From NCBI GenBank assembly GCA_964445435.1, contig CAYUKU010000001.1:44384-108383 (forward strand): a DNA stretch of 64,000 bases. The letters are read 5' to 3'. The notes beneath the pieces are model-generated. The model ran no database searches and was not told the DNA's origin. It worked only from the letters and a program-made list of their open reading frames with translations. Shown here piece after piece: positions 37,274 to 47,473 of the stretch. The DNA comes from an uncultured Gammaproteobacteria bacterium. Lineage in GTDB: Bacteria; Patescibacteriota; Microgenomatia; UBA10105; UBA927. A program made the translations under genes and the position numbers. The stretch's first letter is position 1; each line of letters opens with the position of its first letter.

Positions 37274-37620
37274 ATCACTTCATCTTCTGCGCTTATCTCG
37301 CCGTATGTCGCCTGCAGGCGGGTATTTTCTATTTCCAATTCGTGATTTTTCTTTACCAAATCGATGTTTTCTTTCTTGATCTGGGCTATTTCTTTGGCCT
37401 GCTGGGCGACTTTCTTCTTCCTTCCGAATGATTCTACGAGGTAGAAGATGGTCGTGAATAGTACACCGAGAATGATGGATCCGAAAATTACCAGGTATAG
37501 AGGAACGCCGGACATGAGAGAATATCCAAAAGAAATGGAAATTGGAGTCGTATTGAGTGTGGCGAAATATCCGAACGCGATCCCGAAGAGAATAAACAGC
37601 AGGAGCGCATACATACCCAA
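37270..37620 (-). CDS. LapA/DUF1049-like membrane protein
   Basis: Two TM helices with N..P.SISFG and PLYLVI, then a coiled coil. Confidence 0.7.
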   Translation of the reverse strand: MGMYALLLFILFGIAFGYFATLNTTPISISFGYSLMSGVPLYLVIFGSIILGVLFTTIFYLVESFGRKKKVAQQAKEIAQIKKENIDLVKKNHELEIENTRLQATYGEISAEDEVI

Positions 37621-37650
37621 ACCTCCTTACGCGTTTTATTGTAACATACA

Positions 37651-39474
37651 TTACCGATCCCGTCGCAGCGCGCGTACACGGTCGGTTTTGGATAAGTATT
37701 TCTTTCGCAAACGTAAACTTACCGGAGTAATCTCGAGCAATTCATCGTCCTCTATAAAATCAAGACACTGTTCAAGACTATATGAAATCGGCGGATCCAG
37801 CTGGATGGCGACGTCGGCGGTTGCAGAGTGAATGTTAGTAAGTTTCTTGGTTTTGCATACGTTGATGTCGATATCTTCCTGGCGATTATTAATCCCGATA
37901 ATCATCCCTTCGTAGACTGGAACACCGGGTCCGATAAATGCCCGCCCCCGTTCCTGCACCGTCGTCAATGCATACCCGCTTGATGTGCCGGTTTCGCTTG
38001 CGACAAGTACGCCGTTTCTGAGTTTCGGAATATGACTTGCCAACGGGAAATACCCGATAAACCGAGTCGCAAATATTCCGTTTCCGCGTGTCTTTGTCAT
38101 GATATCACCCCGAAATCCCAACAAGTTTCGACTAGAAACTTTGTAGACCATCCGGGTAATGCCCCGCTGATTCGTATGTGTGTCCAGAAGCTCTGCGCGC
38201 CGTTTGCCTAATTCCTCAGAAATAATACCGACATACGAATTGTCAATCTCGATTGTGATCTCCTCAAATGGTTCGCGTTTTTCCTCGTTTTCTTCGATAA
38301 ATATTACCTCAGGTTTCCCCACCTGCATTTCAAATCCCTCTCGCCTGAGGTTTTCAAGAAGCACTGCCAAATGAAGCTCTCCACGGCCTGCTACGATAAA
38401 CCCTTGACCGTTGGGATTCTCAGATATCCGAAGACCGATATTTGTCTTCTTTTCCTTAATAAGTCGCTCGTGGATCTGACGCGCAGTACAAAATTTACCT
38501 TCTTTCCCCGCGAACGGCGAAGTGTTTGCAGATACGAAAATTTTCAGCGTCGGTTCCTCAAGTCGTATAACCGGGTATCCTGTTGGATCGGCCGGATCGG
38601 CAAGCGTTTGTCCTATCTCTACACCATCTATCCCGGTAACTGCAATAATATCTCCCGGCACTGATTGCTCTATGGCTACCCGCTTAAGCCCGGCACTTGT
38701 GAATACGCCTTCTATCTTGCAGTGTTTCACTTTCGCATTCTCACTCAATAGCAGTACGGACTGGCCTGGCGAAACGACTCCCTGACTCACCTTACCGATG
38801 GCATATGTGCCTTTATAAGCATCAAAATCGAGCGTCGATACGAGCATCTTAAATGGACGATCCGCATCAACAGCCGGCGCGGGCACACTTCGAATAATTT
38901 GCTCAAATAAAGGCTCCAGAGTGGCATGTTCCTGCAAATTCTTCGGTAACTCATTCCAAGCTTTTTCTTCCCGGCCGACTGAATAGAGCACCGGAAATGA
39001 GAGATGCCCTTCGTGATGGGCAAGGTGAAGAAAAAGTTCCTCTGTTTGACGGATGACTTCTTCCGGACGTGCATCTTTGCGGTCAATTTTATTGATTACG
39101 ACAATGACGGGAATGTTACGTCCAAGCGCCTTTTCCAGAACAAATTGTGTTTGTGGAAGCGGTCCTTCCGCCGCGTCGACAATAAGAAGCGCACCGTCTG
39201 CCATGTTTATGACCCGTTCGACTTCTCCCGAGAAATCCGCATGACCCGGCGTATCAATGATGTTTATTTTTATCCCCTTATAGGTAACAGAGGTATTCTT
39301 GGCAAGAATGGTAATTCCCTTCTCTCGCTCAAGGTCATTACTATCCAGGATGGTCGTTTGACTCATCTCGGCCTCGTTTTCGCGGAATGTATGCGTCTGC
39401 TTGAGCATCCCGTCAACGAGTGTCGTTTTCCCGTGATCGACATGGGCGATAATAGCGATATTTCGTATTTCCAT
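37651..39474 (-). CDS. typA: Translational GTPase TypA/BipA
   Basis: IRNIAIIAHVDHGKTTLVD, DTPGHADF, NKID, GRGELHL, LRREGFE; start refined to MEIRN. Confidence 0.97.
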   Translation of the reverse strand: MEIRNIAIIAHVDHGKTTLVDGMLKQTHTFRENEAEMSQTTILDSNDLEREKGITILAKNTSVTYKGIKINIIDTPGHADFSGEVERVINMADGALLIVDAAEGPLPQTQFVLEKALGRNIPVIVVINKIDRKDARPEEVIRQTEELFLHLAHHEGHLSFPVLYSVGREEKAWNELPKNLQEHATLEPLFEQIIRSVPAPAVDADRPFKMLVSTLDFDAYKGTYAIGKVSQGVVSPGQSVLLLSENAKVKHCKIEGVFTSAGLKRVAIEQSVPGDIIAVTGIDGVEIGQTLADPADPTGYPVIRLEEPTLKIFVSANTSPFAGKEGKFCTARQIHERLIKEKKTNIGLRISENPNGQGFIVAGRGELHLAVLLENLRREGFEMQVGKPEVIFIEENEEKREPFEEITIEIDNSYVGIISEELGKRRAELLDTHTNQRGITRMVYKVSSRNLLGFRGDIMTKTRGNGIFATRFIGYFPLASHIPKLRNGVLVASETGTSSGYALTTVQERGRAFIGPGVPVYEGMIIGINNRQEDIDINVCKTKKLTNIHSATADVAIQLDPPISYSLEQCLDFIEDDELLEITPVSLRLRKKYLSKTDRVRALRRDR

Positions 39475-39592
39475 AGCAATGCCCACGCGTCTTCCTTCAT
39501 TGGTAACAATACAAAGAGGAGCACAACGAGGGGACTTAAGTATACCAATTTCATACCCCGTACGCAAAAAGTTGATATGATATCGCCATCAT

Positions 39593-39808
39593 ATGAAAAT
39601 ACGCTTTCACTGGGGAATTTTGGCGATTTTCGTACTCGCTGTGTTTCTTCGATTTGTTAATTTCCCCAACAGGTGGGGACTTGGGTATGATCAGGCATCG
39701 TTTGCCATTGTTGGCAAACATGCAGCTTCAGCCGCAGATCTTGATCGGGCACACTGGGCGTATCTCGATTTCCCGGTGGTCTACAAAAGCGTGCAACACT
39801 GGTGGTAA
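39593..39808 (+). pseudogene. N-terminal fragment of an ArnT/GT39-like membrane glycosyltransferase
   Basis: LAIFVLAVFLRF...LGYDQA start typical of GT-C enzymes, then the ORF ends at 71 aa. Confidence 0.5.
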
Positions 39809-39812
39809 TGCT

Positions 39813-40697
39813 TCATGTTTTGTGTTCAGAGCGAATCACAAGAAGCGATGCCGCAAGCACACACATTCCTCCGATTGCCGTAGGAAACGACGGAATTTCC
39901 CTGAAAAACAAAAAAGCAAACACAATTCCGATAAAATTTTCAGACAACATTACTAAGCTTCCCGTTCCTGCGCTTACCAGCTGAAAACCGCGGGTCATAA
40001 ATAACCACGCGGCGAAATTATCTATGCCAAACAACAGCGTCAAAAGCCACGTGCCTGGCGCAACTGATCCGATGCCGCCAGGGGCATAAAAAGATGACTC
40101 GGTGGTAACCGATATCAGTCCTACTGCAACCACACCGAGAAACGTATTTGTAAGAAGAAGCTTTGGCGATCCGATGGAAGAAAGCTTCTTCCTTCCGATC
40201 ACATACACAGCCTGCCCTATAGCCGAAAGCACGGCAAACCATGCTCCCGCCTTCCATGTATCTATAGGACCAGGACGGAAAAGGAATAGAAGAGCTACGG
40301 CGCCCAAGAGTATAGCAACAAGCTTCTCTTTGGTAATCGTCTCCCCCAAAAATACTTGTGCAAATATGGGGGTCAGGACACTAAAAGAAAAAAAGATGAA
40401 AAGCACCGTTCCAACTTGTGTAAGGAGAATCGCGTATGTGTAAAAAAGATTCGTTAACGCATATCCGAAAAGGGATACGATAAAAAGTAGGGCAATTTCA
40501 CTACGCTTCATGATAAATCGTTCACTCGTTCGCCAAAAATAAATACCCGCGCAGAAAAAAGCGACGACATACCTTAAAAACACCTGGGCCGCGGGAGGGA
40601 GTGATCCGGCTCCGAGAAATCGTATGAGAACCGGCATGATGCTGTAGAGCACGACTGAAATACCAAGGTACAGTACTCCCCGATGAAATTTACTCAT
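39813..40697 (-). CDS. DMT/EamA family transporter
   Basis: About 10 TM helices in two repeats with FLGETI and FFREIP. Confidence 0.85.
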   Translation of the reverse strand: MSKFHRGVLYLGISVVLYSIMPVLIRFLGAGSLPPAAQVFLRYVVAFFCAGIYFWRTSERFIMKRSEIALLFIVSLFGYALTNLFYTYAILLTQVGTVLFIFFSFSVLTPIFAQVFLGETITKEKLVAILLGAVALLFLFRPGPIDTWKAGAWFAVLSAIGQAVYVIGRKKLSSIGSPKLLLTNTFLGVVAVGLISVTTESSFYAPGGIGSVAPGTWLLTLLFGIDNFAAWLFMTRGFQLVSAGTGSLVMLSENFIGIVFAFLFFREIPSFPTAIGGMCVLAASLLVIRSEHKT

Positions 40698-40701
40698 ATG
40701 G

Positions 40702-41244
40702 TCACAAATCCTTGAGTATTTCGTCAATGTACTCAATAGCCGCAGTCGGAGTGTCCGCGAAATGCACGAGTTCTTCCACTGTTTTGTTCACGAATCCATC
40801 GTCTTTCATTTTCTGGAGCTGAACGCGGATGCCTTCATAAAAATTTTCCGTATTGAGAAACACGATAGGCTTATTATGAATCCCTAGTTTCTTAAGCTCT
40901 AATATTTGTGCTACTTCATCGAGAGTTCCCAACCCACCGACAAGTACTACAATTGCTTCTGCTTTCGCAAGCATCATTGACTTTCGTTCCCCCAAATCCT
41001 TAGCTACGATCATCTCATCGGCGCTTTTTTTTGCGATACTGGAGAAAATTTCCAAAGATACACCGAACAATTTTCCTCCCCCCGCCTGCACCTCCGCTGA
41101 TATGACCCTCATAAGTCCTGTGTCCGACCCACCCCACACCAAGTGATATCCGTGACTTGCAAGAAGTCGTCCAAATTCAGCTGCAGGCGATACGTATTTA
41201 TCGGCCACCTCACTGGCAGAACAGAATACCGCTATGTATTTCAT
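40702..41244 (-). CDS. LOG family nucleotide phosphoribohydrolase
   Basis: IAVFCSA, LVWGG..GLM, ERK, GGLGTLDE, KPIVFLN. Confidence 0.9.
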   Translation of the reverse strand: MKYIAVFCSASEVADKYVSPAAEFGRLLASHGYHLVWGGSDTGLMRVISAEVQAGGGKLFGVSLEIFSSIAKKSADEMIVAKDLGERKSMMLAKAEAIVVLVGGLGTLDEVAQILELKKLGIHNKPIVFLNTENFYEGIRVQLQKMKDDGFVNKTVEELVHFADTPTAAIEYIDEILKDL

Positions 41245-42116
41245 CGACTTTCCTCCTTCTCAATACTTTTTATTATTGCTGAAAAATCCTCATCCGATAA
41301 CCCTTCAGCAACTCCGCGATCGAAGACTTCCTTCACCATCGTAAGCATGGTCAATTTCTTCCCGTGCACCTCCTCAAAGGCAAGCGAGACATCCTTGCGC
41401 ATATTCGAAAGGGAGAAGATCACAGGATAGTTGCCGGTGGCATGATTGGCTATCACGAGCTTCATCGCAGGCGACATCCCAGTCGATGCGCTCTGAAGAA
41501 CGTCCGCCACTTGCGCCCGACTCAGCCTCATGCTATCTGCAAGCATCATACCCTCACTGAGGGCTACTGCCTCTACGGCGACGAAATAATTATTGACAAG
41601 CTTAATCGCCTGCCCGGCCCCTACTTCACCCATATGATGGAGCGTCGTTCCCATCGCAAGAAGGACAGGCTTTATCTCTTCAAACACGTCTTTTTGGGCA
41701 CCTATAAATATCGTCAGCTCCCCGCTTGTTGCGCGAACCACGCTTCCGGTCACCGGCGCATCGACAAATCGTGCGCCCCGCTTCACAACCTGTATCCCTA
41801 TGGTACGCGCTGCTGTGGGGCCGATCGTGCTCATGTCTATCACAACCAGTCCCTTCTTCGGATCCGAAAGAACCCCGTTCTCACCCAATAGAACACTTTC
41901 GACGTCCGCCGGTCCCGTCACCATGGTAATCACAACGTCGCAGTCTTGACCCAACGCTCGTGGGGAATCGGCGGATTGGGCCCCAAGCGCAATGAGTTCC
42001 CTGGTCTTATCAGCGGTTCTACTGTAGACAGATAACGGAAATCCCCTCTTGAGGATGTTTTTCGCCATGGGCATGCCCATGAGTCCGAGGCCGATAAATC
42101 CGATCCGTTTTCTCAT
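41241..42116 (-). CDS. Beta-hydroxyacid dehydrogenase (HIBADH/GarR family)
   Basis: GFIGLGLMG, IDMSTI, DAPVTGS, IKLVNN, KD. Confidence 0.9.
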   Translation of the reverse strand: MRKRIGFIGLGLMGMPMAKNILKRGFPLSVYSRTADKTRELIALGAQSADSPRALGQDCDVVITMVTGPADVESVLLGENGVLSDPKKGLVVIDMSTIGPTAARTIGIQVVKRGARFVDAPVTGSVVRATSGELTIFIGAQKDVFEEIKPVLLAMGTTLHHMGEVGAGQAIKLVNNYFVAVEAVALSEGMMLADSMRLSRAQVADVLQSASTGMSPAMKLVIANHATGNYPVIFSLSNMRKDVSLAFEEVHGKKLTMLTMVKEVFDRGVAEGLSDEDFSAIIKSIEKEESR

Positions 42117-42121
42117 CTGGA

Positions 42122-43060
42122 TTACTTTTTAAGTTCGAAAAACGAAAACACGATATATAAGCATAACAGAACGCACCCCTCAAGTCTGGAAATTGAATTT
42201 CTCGAACGGGAGAAAATAAAAAATAATGCGATTCCTCCGACGATAAATACAAAAGTTAATGGAAATCTGTTTGCTGTCAACACGTCTCCTTGATTGATCA
42301 GTGTGAATATGCCGAAAAAAAGCGAATTGACCGCAGCAGATCCCATATAGTCTCCGAAGGCGACATCTTTTTTTCCCAACATAATCGAACGGATTGCAAG
42401 CGAGAGCTCAGGAAGATTCGTCCCCAATGATAAAACAATAAGACTAATGTAGAGGGGGTGGATAGAAAAAATCCGCGAGAAATAAAGTGTGTGATCCACG
42501 ATAATCTGGCTTGCCCCAAAAACGATAATCGCTCCGAAAAGCACTTTAAGAATATCTTTCAAGCTATACGCTTTGAGCTGAAGCAATTCTTTATTCTTTC
42601 TATCCAGAAAACCGTGATCCCTCGCAAGTACGAATAAGAGTATTGCATACAACGCGATGAGAAATGCACCTTCTGCGTTCGTGACTTTTCTGTCCAGAAT
42701 CATTATCGAAGGCGTTACGATAACACCAAGCGTGAGAAGCATATTTCTCTGACTGAAAAAGTGCTTCAACTGAACTCCGTTCCCGAAGATAGCCAACATG
42801 GGAATAACAAAAAGGAAAATAACGGGAATCCCTCCCAAAAGATTACCGACGAAAATTTCCGGATTTGCCTCGGAAATCGCGGCAAACCCGACGGCAAATT
42901 CGGGCGTGGATGTCAGAAGCCCCAAAAGAACGAATGAAACGGCAAATGAGGAAAGTTTTAACCTATGGGCAAATTTGTCTATCGAAGAGACGATAAGTCC
43001 GGCGCCAAGCCATATTAACAGAAACGATGCGATGTAAGATAGAAAGTTATAAACAAGCAT
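42122..43060 (-). CDS. Na+/Ca2+ exchanger (YrbG-like)
   Basis: Alpha repeats LTSTPE..GNLLG and GTNLPE..GDYMGS. Confidence 0.88.
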   Translation of the reverse strand: MLVYNFLSYIASFLLIWLGAGLIVSSIDKFAHRLKLSSFAVSFVLLGLLTSTPEFAVGFAAISEANPEIFVGNLLGGIPVIFLFVIPMLAIFGNGVQLKHFFSQRNMLLTLGVIVTPSIMILDRKVTNAEGAFLIALYAILLFVLARDHGFLDRKNKELLQLKAYSLKDILKVLFGAIIVFGASQIIVDHTLYFSRIFSIHPLYISLIVLSLGTNLPELSLAIRSIMLGKKDVAFGDYMGSAAVNSLFFGIFTLINQGDVLTANRFPLTFVFIVGGIALFFIFSRSRNSISRLEGCVLLCLYIVFSFFELKK

Positions 43061-43119
43061 GATATCTAGTATACCAAACGGGTCAGCTTGCCTTTACCGG
43101 AATGGTATAATTAGCGCGT

Positions 43120-43875
43120 ATGAACAATATAAATATTGCCTTTATTCTTACACTCGTTCTTCCTTTCCTTGTCGCGGCGCTCTTGAGTCGTCTGATTCAC
43201 CGGTACATGAGGATTCCCAAAAACCTCGAATCCCCACGGACAAAAACGTATCTCGCTACAATCCAAAGCTTGTCAACAATGATTCTCTACATAATCGCGG
43301 TATATTACGTGCTTACCCAACTACGCATTAACGTCACGCCGCTCTTTGCTTCGGCTGGCGTCATCGGCATCATTATAGGGTTGGGCGTCCGGTCATTTAT
43401 TGAGGATTTCTTCACCGGAATTCTTATGCTCACGCAAGACACAATAAGCGTCGGTGATTACGTGGAAATCGGCGGCACCCAGGGAATTGCGGAAGCCGTG
43501 GGCCTGAGAACAGTCCGCATTAAGGACCAAAATGGAGCTATTCACATATTCCCAAACCGTGAAATCAAAAAAATCGTCAATTATTCCAGAAGACTTGCAC
43601 GCGTTGTCGTTGATGTACCGATCAAATCAAATCAGCCGATCGATCGGGCCATAAAAGCGCTGGAACGCGCAATCAAAGAACTTAAGAAAGACACGGTGCT
43701 CTCTTCTCTCATCGCAGAGGGCTCACGCGTTCAGGGAGTCGAACGCATCAGCGGAAACTCAATCGCCGTTCGGGTACTCATCATTACCCGTGCCGCATTC
43801 CGATGGGACACCGCAAGAAAATACCGGTACCTGGCGCTTCGGCAGCTGGAACGTGCAAAAATTCTCCTGGGATAG
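43120..43875 (+). CDS. mscS: Small-conductance mechanosensitive channel family protein
   Basis: ASAGVIGIIIGLG, VGDYVEI, GLRTVRI, FPN. Confidence 0.88.
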   Translation: MNNINIAFILTLVLPFLVAALLSRLIHRYMRIPKNLESPRTKTYLATIQSLSTMILYIIAVYYVLTQLRINVTPLFASAGVIGIIIGLGVRSFIEDFFTGILMLTQDTISVGDYVEIGGTQGIAEAVGLRTVRIKDQNGAIHIFPNREIKKIVNYSRRLARVVVDVPIKSNQPIDRAIKALERAIKELKKDTVLSSLIAEGSRVQGVERISGNSIAVRVLIITRAAFRWDTARKYRYLALRQLERAKILLG

Positions 43876-43908
43876 AACTCTCTTGCGCTTAAGTGTTACG
43901 ATAGGTAT

Positions 43909-44244
43909 ATGCACATTCTCGTCCGTTGGATAATAAATGCTCTTTCTCTGTATATCGTTGCCAGAATCGTCCCGGGAATACGATTGACCGATTTCGGAGC
44001 GGCGCTCATTGCCGTTATCTTCATAGGCTTGATAAACGCACTTCTCAAACCTATCCTTCTTCTTCTGACGCTGCCTATTAACATTCTCACGTTGGGACTA
44101 TTCACATTCATTCTGAATGCGAGCCTTCTTAAGCTGGCTGCGTCGGTAAGTCCGGACTTTCAGGTTGATGGATGGGGATCGGCTATTATCGGTTCTGTTC
44201 TTCTGTCAATCGTCTCGACCATCCTTCACTCGCTTGTTCGGTAG
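43909..44244 (+). CDS. YvlD-like 4-TM membrane protein (holin superfamily IV)
   Basis: NALLKPILLLLTLPINILTLGLF motif. Confidence 0.85.
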   Translation: MHILVRWIINALSLYIVARIVPGIRLTDFGAALIAVIFIGLINALLKPILLLLTLPINILTLGLFTFILNASLLKLAASVSPDFQVDGWGSAIIGSVLLSIVSTILHSLVR

Positions 44245-44247
44245 GAG

Positions 44248-44934
44248 TTACTTGTTTACCTCTTTTTCAAGCTTCTTCGGAGAAACTCCAGGGACATCCG
44301 GATGACGCTTCGCCTGAACGTATTCGTACACCATTGGAACGAGCGACAAGAAAATAATTGCAAATATCGCGTAATGGAAATTCTTTTGGATAAACTCAAG
44401 ATTCCCGAAGAAATACCCGGCAAGCGTGAAGAGCGTAACCCATACAACACCCCCGATAACGTTGTATGTGATAAATTTACCGTATTCCATCGTGCCGACT
44501 CCGGCGACAAACGGCGCGAACGTCCGAACGATGGGAACGAATCGTGCAAGGATGATGGTCTTGCCTCCGTATTTTTTGTAAAACTGCTCTGTCTTATCGA
44601 TATGTTCCTGGTTAATAATCGTAATCTTGGGATTATCGACAATCTTCTGGCCAAAAAAATGCCCGATCCAATAGTTAGCTGTATCACCCATAACGGCAGC
44701 TATTATAAGAAGAATGATCACACCCGCGATATGAAGGGATCCAAGCGCGGATATGGCCCCTGCGGCAAACAAAAGCGAATCTCCCGGTAAAAAGGGCGTG
44801 ATGACAAACCCGGTTTCCGCAAACACGATCCCAAAAAGTATAGCGTATGTCAGTATCCCATACTGTGAGACCAATTCTTTCAAGTGAACATCGAGGTGTA
44901 AAACGAAATCGACAAACGACTGGATAATTTCCAT
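44248..44934 (-). CDS. dedA: DedA family membrane protein
   Basis: FAETG..FLPGDSLLF, GD..NYWIG, ARFVPIVRTFAPFVAG. Confidence 0.93.
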   Translation of the reverse strand: MEIIQSFVDFVLHLDVHLKELVSQYGILTYAILFGIVFAETGFVITPFLPGDSLLFAAGAISALGSLHIAGVIILLIIAAVMGDTANYWIGHFFGQKIVDNPKITIINQEHIDKTEQFYKKYGGKTIILARFVPIVRTFAPFVAGVGTMEYGKFITYNVIGGVVWVTLFTLAGYFFGNLEFIQKNFHYAIFAIIFLSLVPMVYEYVQAKRHPDVPGVSPKKLEKEVNK

Positions 44935-44976
44935 AGACCTCAATGATACCACGGACCACGTCGTGCGCGAAGTCGT

Positions 44977-45600
44977 CTAAAATCCTAAGTTTTCCTTTAC
45001 GAGGATGAACGTCACCTTTCGTCCCAACATGGGGTTTTCTCCCTTAAATATCACGATTTTATTGAGGTGTGTCCCGACTCCGTAGGCTTCGTTCATTCGC
45101 TTATCCTCCAGAGGAACGACATGCTCTTCAAGCCTGCGCAAGCCATCCGCGAGCGTCGGGACGATTTTTTTCGTACTAACGACGAATATAAGATTTGGCG
45201 AGGTATGAACGACATGCGGCAACTGGCTGCCGGTGTTTGAGGCGATAAGGAATTCTCCGTTTTCCACTAACGCGTGGACGCTTCCAAGATAATATTCGGA
45301 CAGCACCGCCTGTCTTCGTAACTGTCGCTGCTTCTTCTCATCTTTTTCTGCCACTATGGCAGCGTGGAGGTTATTCCACGGATGCGTGCCGCTTTTGAGA
45401 TAGTCCGTAAATCCGATTTGTGTAAGCGTCGTTGATGAGCCGTTCATGACGGATGATCCGGCCGGAATCAATTCTTTTACTTTTTCGAGAGCTTGAACAC
45501 CCGTATCCGCAAGATAAACGGTATAACTGTGCTTCACGAGATTACCAACAGTCGTTTGAACAACAGCATCACTTGCTAAATCATCAAATGACATAGACAT
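44977..45600 (-). CDS. LUD-domain (lactate utilisation-like) protein
   Basis: GSSTTL.QIG, YLGSVHA..ENG, S.TGSQL, KIVP. Confidence 0.8.
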   Translation of the reverse strand: MSMSFDDLASDAVVQTTVGNLVKHSYTVYLADTGVQALEKVKELIPAGSSVMNGSSTTLTQIGFTDYLKSGTHPWNNLHAAIVAEKDEKKQRQLRRQAVLSEYYLGSVHALVENGEFLIASNTGSQLPHVVHTSPNLIFVVSTKKIVPTLADGLRRLEEHVVPLEDKRMNEAYGVGTHLNKIVIFKGENPMLGRKVTFILVKENLGF

Positions 45601-45623
45601 CCCTTCCTATAAAATAACCGTTA

Positions 45624-45902
45624 TTACTTTTTTACCGAAGATGAAATGCTTTTAAGCAGCTGCAACATGTACGAACTGTTAATTGCGTAAATAACTTCTT
45701 TCCCTTTGCGCACGTCATGAACGAGATTATTGTCCTTAAGGAGTTTGAGATGCTGTGAAACAAGCGGCTGGGACAGACCTGTGGTCGCCACCAGATCACT
45801 GACGGTTTTTGCATGATCCAGCAACTCCTGAACGATTCGGTACCTTGACTCGTTGCCGATACTTTTGCCGAATTTCGCGATTTGGGCACACACGTCATCC
45901 AT
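45624..45902 (-). CDS. ArsR/SmtB family transcriptional regulator
   Basis: SRYRIVQEL, TVSDL..LSQPLVSQHLKLL, RKGKEVIY; start refined to MDDVC. Confidence 0.9.
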   Translation of the reverse strand: MDDVCAQIAKFGKSIGNESRYRIVQELLDHAKTVSDLVATTGLSQPLVSQHLKLLKDNNLVHDVRKGKEVIYAINSSYMLQLLKSISSSVKK

Positions 45903-45932
45903 ATATAAACATATTAGTATATGTTTATATAT
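45901..45932. promoter_or_regulatory. Perfect 14-4-14 inverted repeat, probable ArsR operator
   Basis: ATATATAAACATAT-tagt-ATATGTTTATATAT overlapping the arsR start codon. Confidence 0.75.
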
Positions 45933-45960
45933 TATGCAATGGAGGATTCCTTCATGAACC

Positions 45961-46266
45961 TTATTTCGGATGCCATTGGGAAAAAGAAAGATCAACGCGT
46001 TCTCCCCTGAAGCGAACACCTTCGTTCTCAAGCATATTCTTCTTTCGTTTCACGCCCCCTTCCGCTGAATATCCGGTCAATCTGCCGTCTGACGCAACGA
46101 CGCGATGACACGGAGTACGTGGCGCGTCAGGATTTACCTTCATGCACATACCGACTGCCCGGGAAGCTCTCGGGCTACCGACAAGCGCTGCTACCTGACC
46201 ATAGGTGGCAACTTTTCCTTTGGGAATCTTGCGGATGAGCGTGTATACGGAATCGCGGAATGTCAT
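45961..46266 (-). CDS. MGMT/Ogt-family O6-alkylguanine DNA repair protein (C-terminal domain only)
   Basis: IPKGKVATYGQVA, RAVG, PCHRVV. Confidence 0.9.
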   Translation of the reverse strand: MTFRDSVYTLIRKIPKGKVATYGQVAALVGSPRASRAVGMCMKVNPDAPRTPCHRVVASDGRLTGYSAEGGVKRKKNMLENEGVRFRGERVDLSFSQWHPK

Positions 46267-47324
46267 AATTGAGGTATTGTATCATACACCGGCTGGAGTC
46301 TTTCTCCCCGCAAAAACTTTTCAAGAATCCGCGACAGGACAACCGCCTCCAACTCAAGTCCTTTCGAAGTAAAATGACAACACACGTCCAGAAAAACCTC
46401 TTCATCCGGATAGTTTGCAAACTCGCCCCGTATATCTACGAAATGCACGCGATCATGTGTCGTAGCGTACGTTCGCAGTGTTTCGTTCAAGAGTGTAATC
46501 GGCCGGAGCTCTTCCTGTGAAATCTCTTTCATCACGAGCAGCGGGCGGGATAACGCCACCAGAAAAATATGACTTCTTGTATGAGCCAGAAGAGTGTCCA
46601 AAGAGAGCGTGATGGATTCTCTCAGCCTGTCAAGATCTGCTTCATCGTAGGGAATGCGGCCGTTCAGCGGCTCGAAAAACAATCCGCTGTATCGCCAAAA
46701 CAGATAATACATGAATGAATACCGCAATCGCGAGTCGGTCATTCGTTTCACAGCTCCAATTTTGTGGCGGGCGCTACTTGTGTACCAGTTTTTCGTGACA
46801 TCCCACTTGTGCCCAAGCCAATAGAAGTTCTCTGCCGGATCATACGCCTGCAAGACAATCGCTGCCTCCGGAAATTTGCCTTCAATGTCATAGATATACC
46901 GATATACAGCCTGATTCAGCGAATACGAAGGTACTGCGGCATTTATGGAAGCCACCGTTAACCCGGCTCGGCCCAACATGTTACTAACCCGACTGGGAAC
47001 CGTCTCTCCCGCCGTTGCCAGATAACCGAAAAGAATGGAATCTCCCAGAAAAATGATATTCTTTTCCGTTTTTGAAGGGTTCACGCCCGGTGTTTTTCGA
47101 AATCCGTACTCATCAAACATAACGTACTCATCTGAGTATGAGATATCAGGAACGACATACCGCTCATCCTGCACAGGAGTCAAATATTGAATGTTAAACA
47201 CCTCAACTTTGTCGATTATCTCCCATGTATATTCATTATTCTTGAGGTGATACAAAAACTGGAGGAGGCCGTCCGCAATTACCAGACTCCCAACGGCAAG
47301 CATCAATCGAGCGAGTATTCTCAT
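46263..47324 (-). CDS. SGNH/GDSL hydrolase family protein
   Basis: FLGDSILFG, NAAVPSYS, D.CHFTSKG. Confidence 0.75.
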   Translation of the reverse strand: MRILARLMLAVGSLVIADGLLQFLYHLKNNEYTWEIIDKVEVFNIQYLTPVQDERYVVPDISYSDEYVMFDEYGFRKTPGVNPSKTEKNIIFLGDSILFGYLATAGETVPSRVSNMLGRAGLTVASINAAVPSYSLNQAVYRYIYDIEGKFPEAAIVLQAYDPAENFYWLGHKWDVTKNWYTSSARHKIGAVKRMTDSRLRYSFMYYLFWRYSGLFFEPLNGRIPYDEADLDRLRESITLSLDTLLAHTRSHIFLVALSRPLLVMKEISQEELRPITLLNETLRTYATTHDRVHFVDIRGEFANYPDEEVFLDVCCHFTSKGLELEAVVLSRILEKFLRGERLQPVYDTIPQL

Positions 47325-47473
47325 GAGTATGATCAGTATACCTGGAAGAGGAAATAAACGTTATCCCCATAAAGAAGCGTTCTGATTCAACCGGATAATG
47401 GTTGTCACGTCAACTATACTCTGATTGTCAACATATGACCAAAAAGGCGTATGAGCGAGACAGTGGCAAACTA

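Noticed and set aside
43909-44244. Prophage implied by a holin-family gene
   Set aside because: YvlD-like 4-TM proteins are common chromosomal genes, and no phage structural, lysin or terminase genes are adjacent
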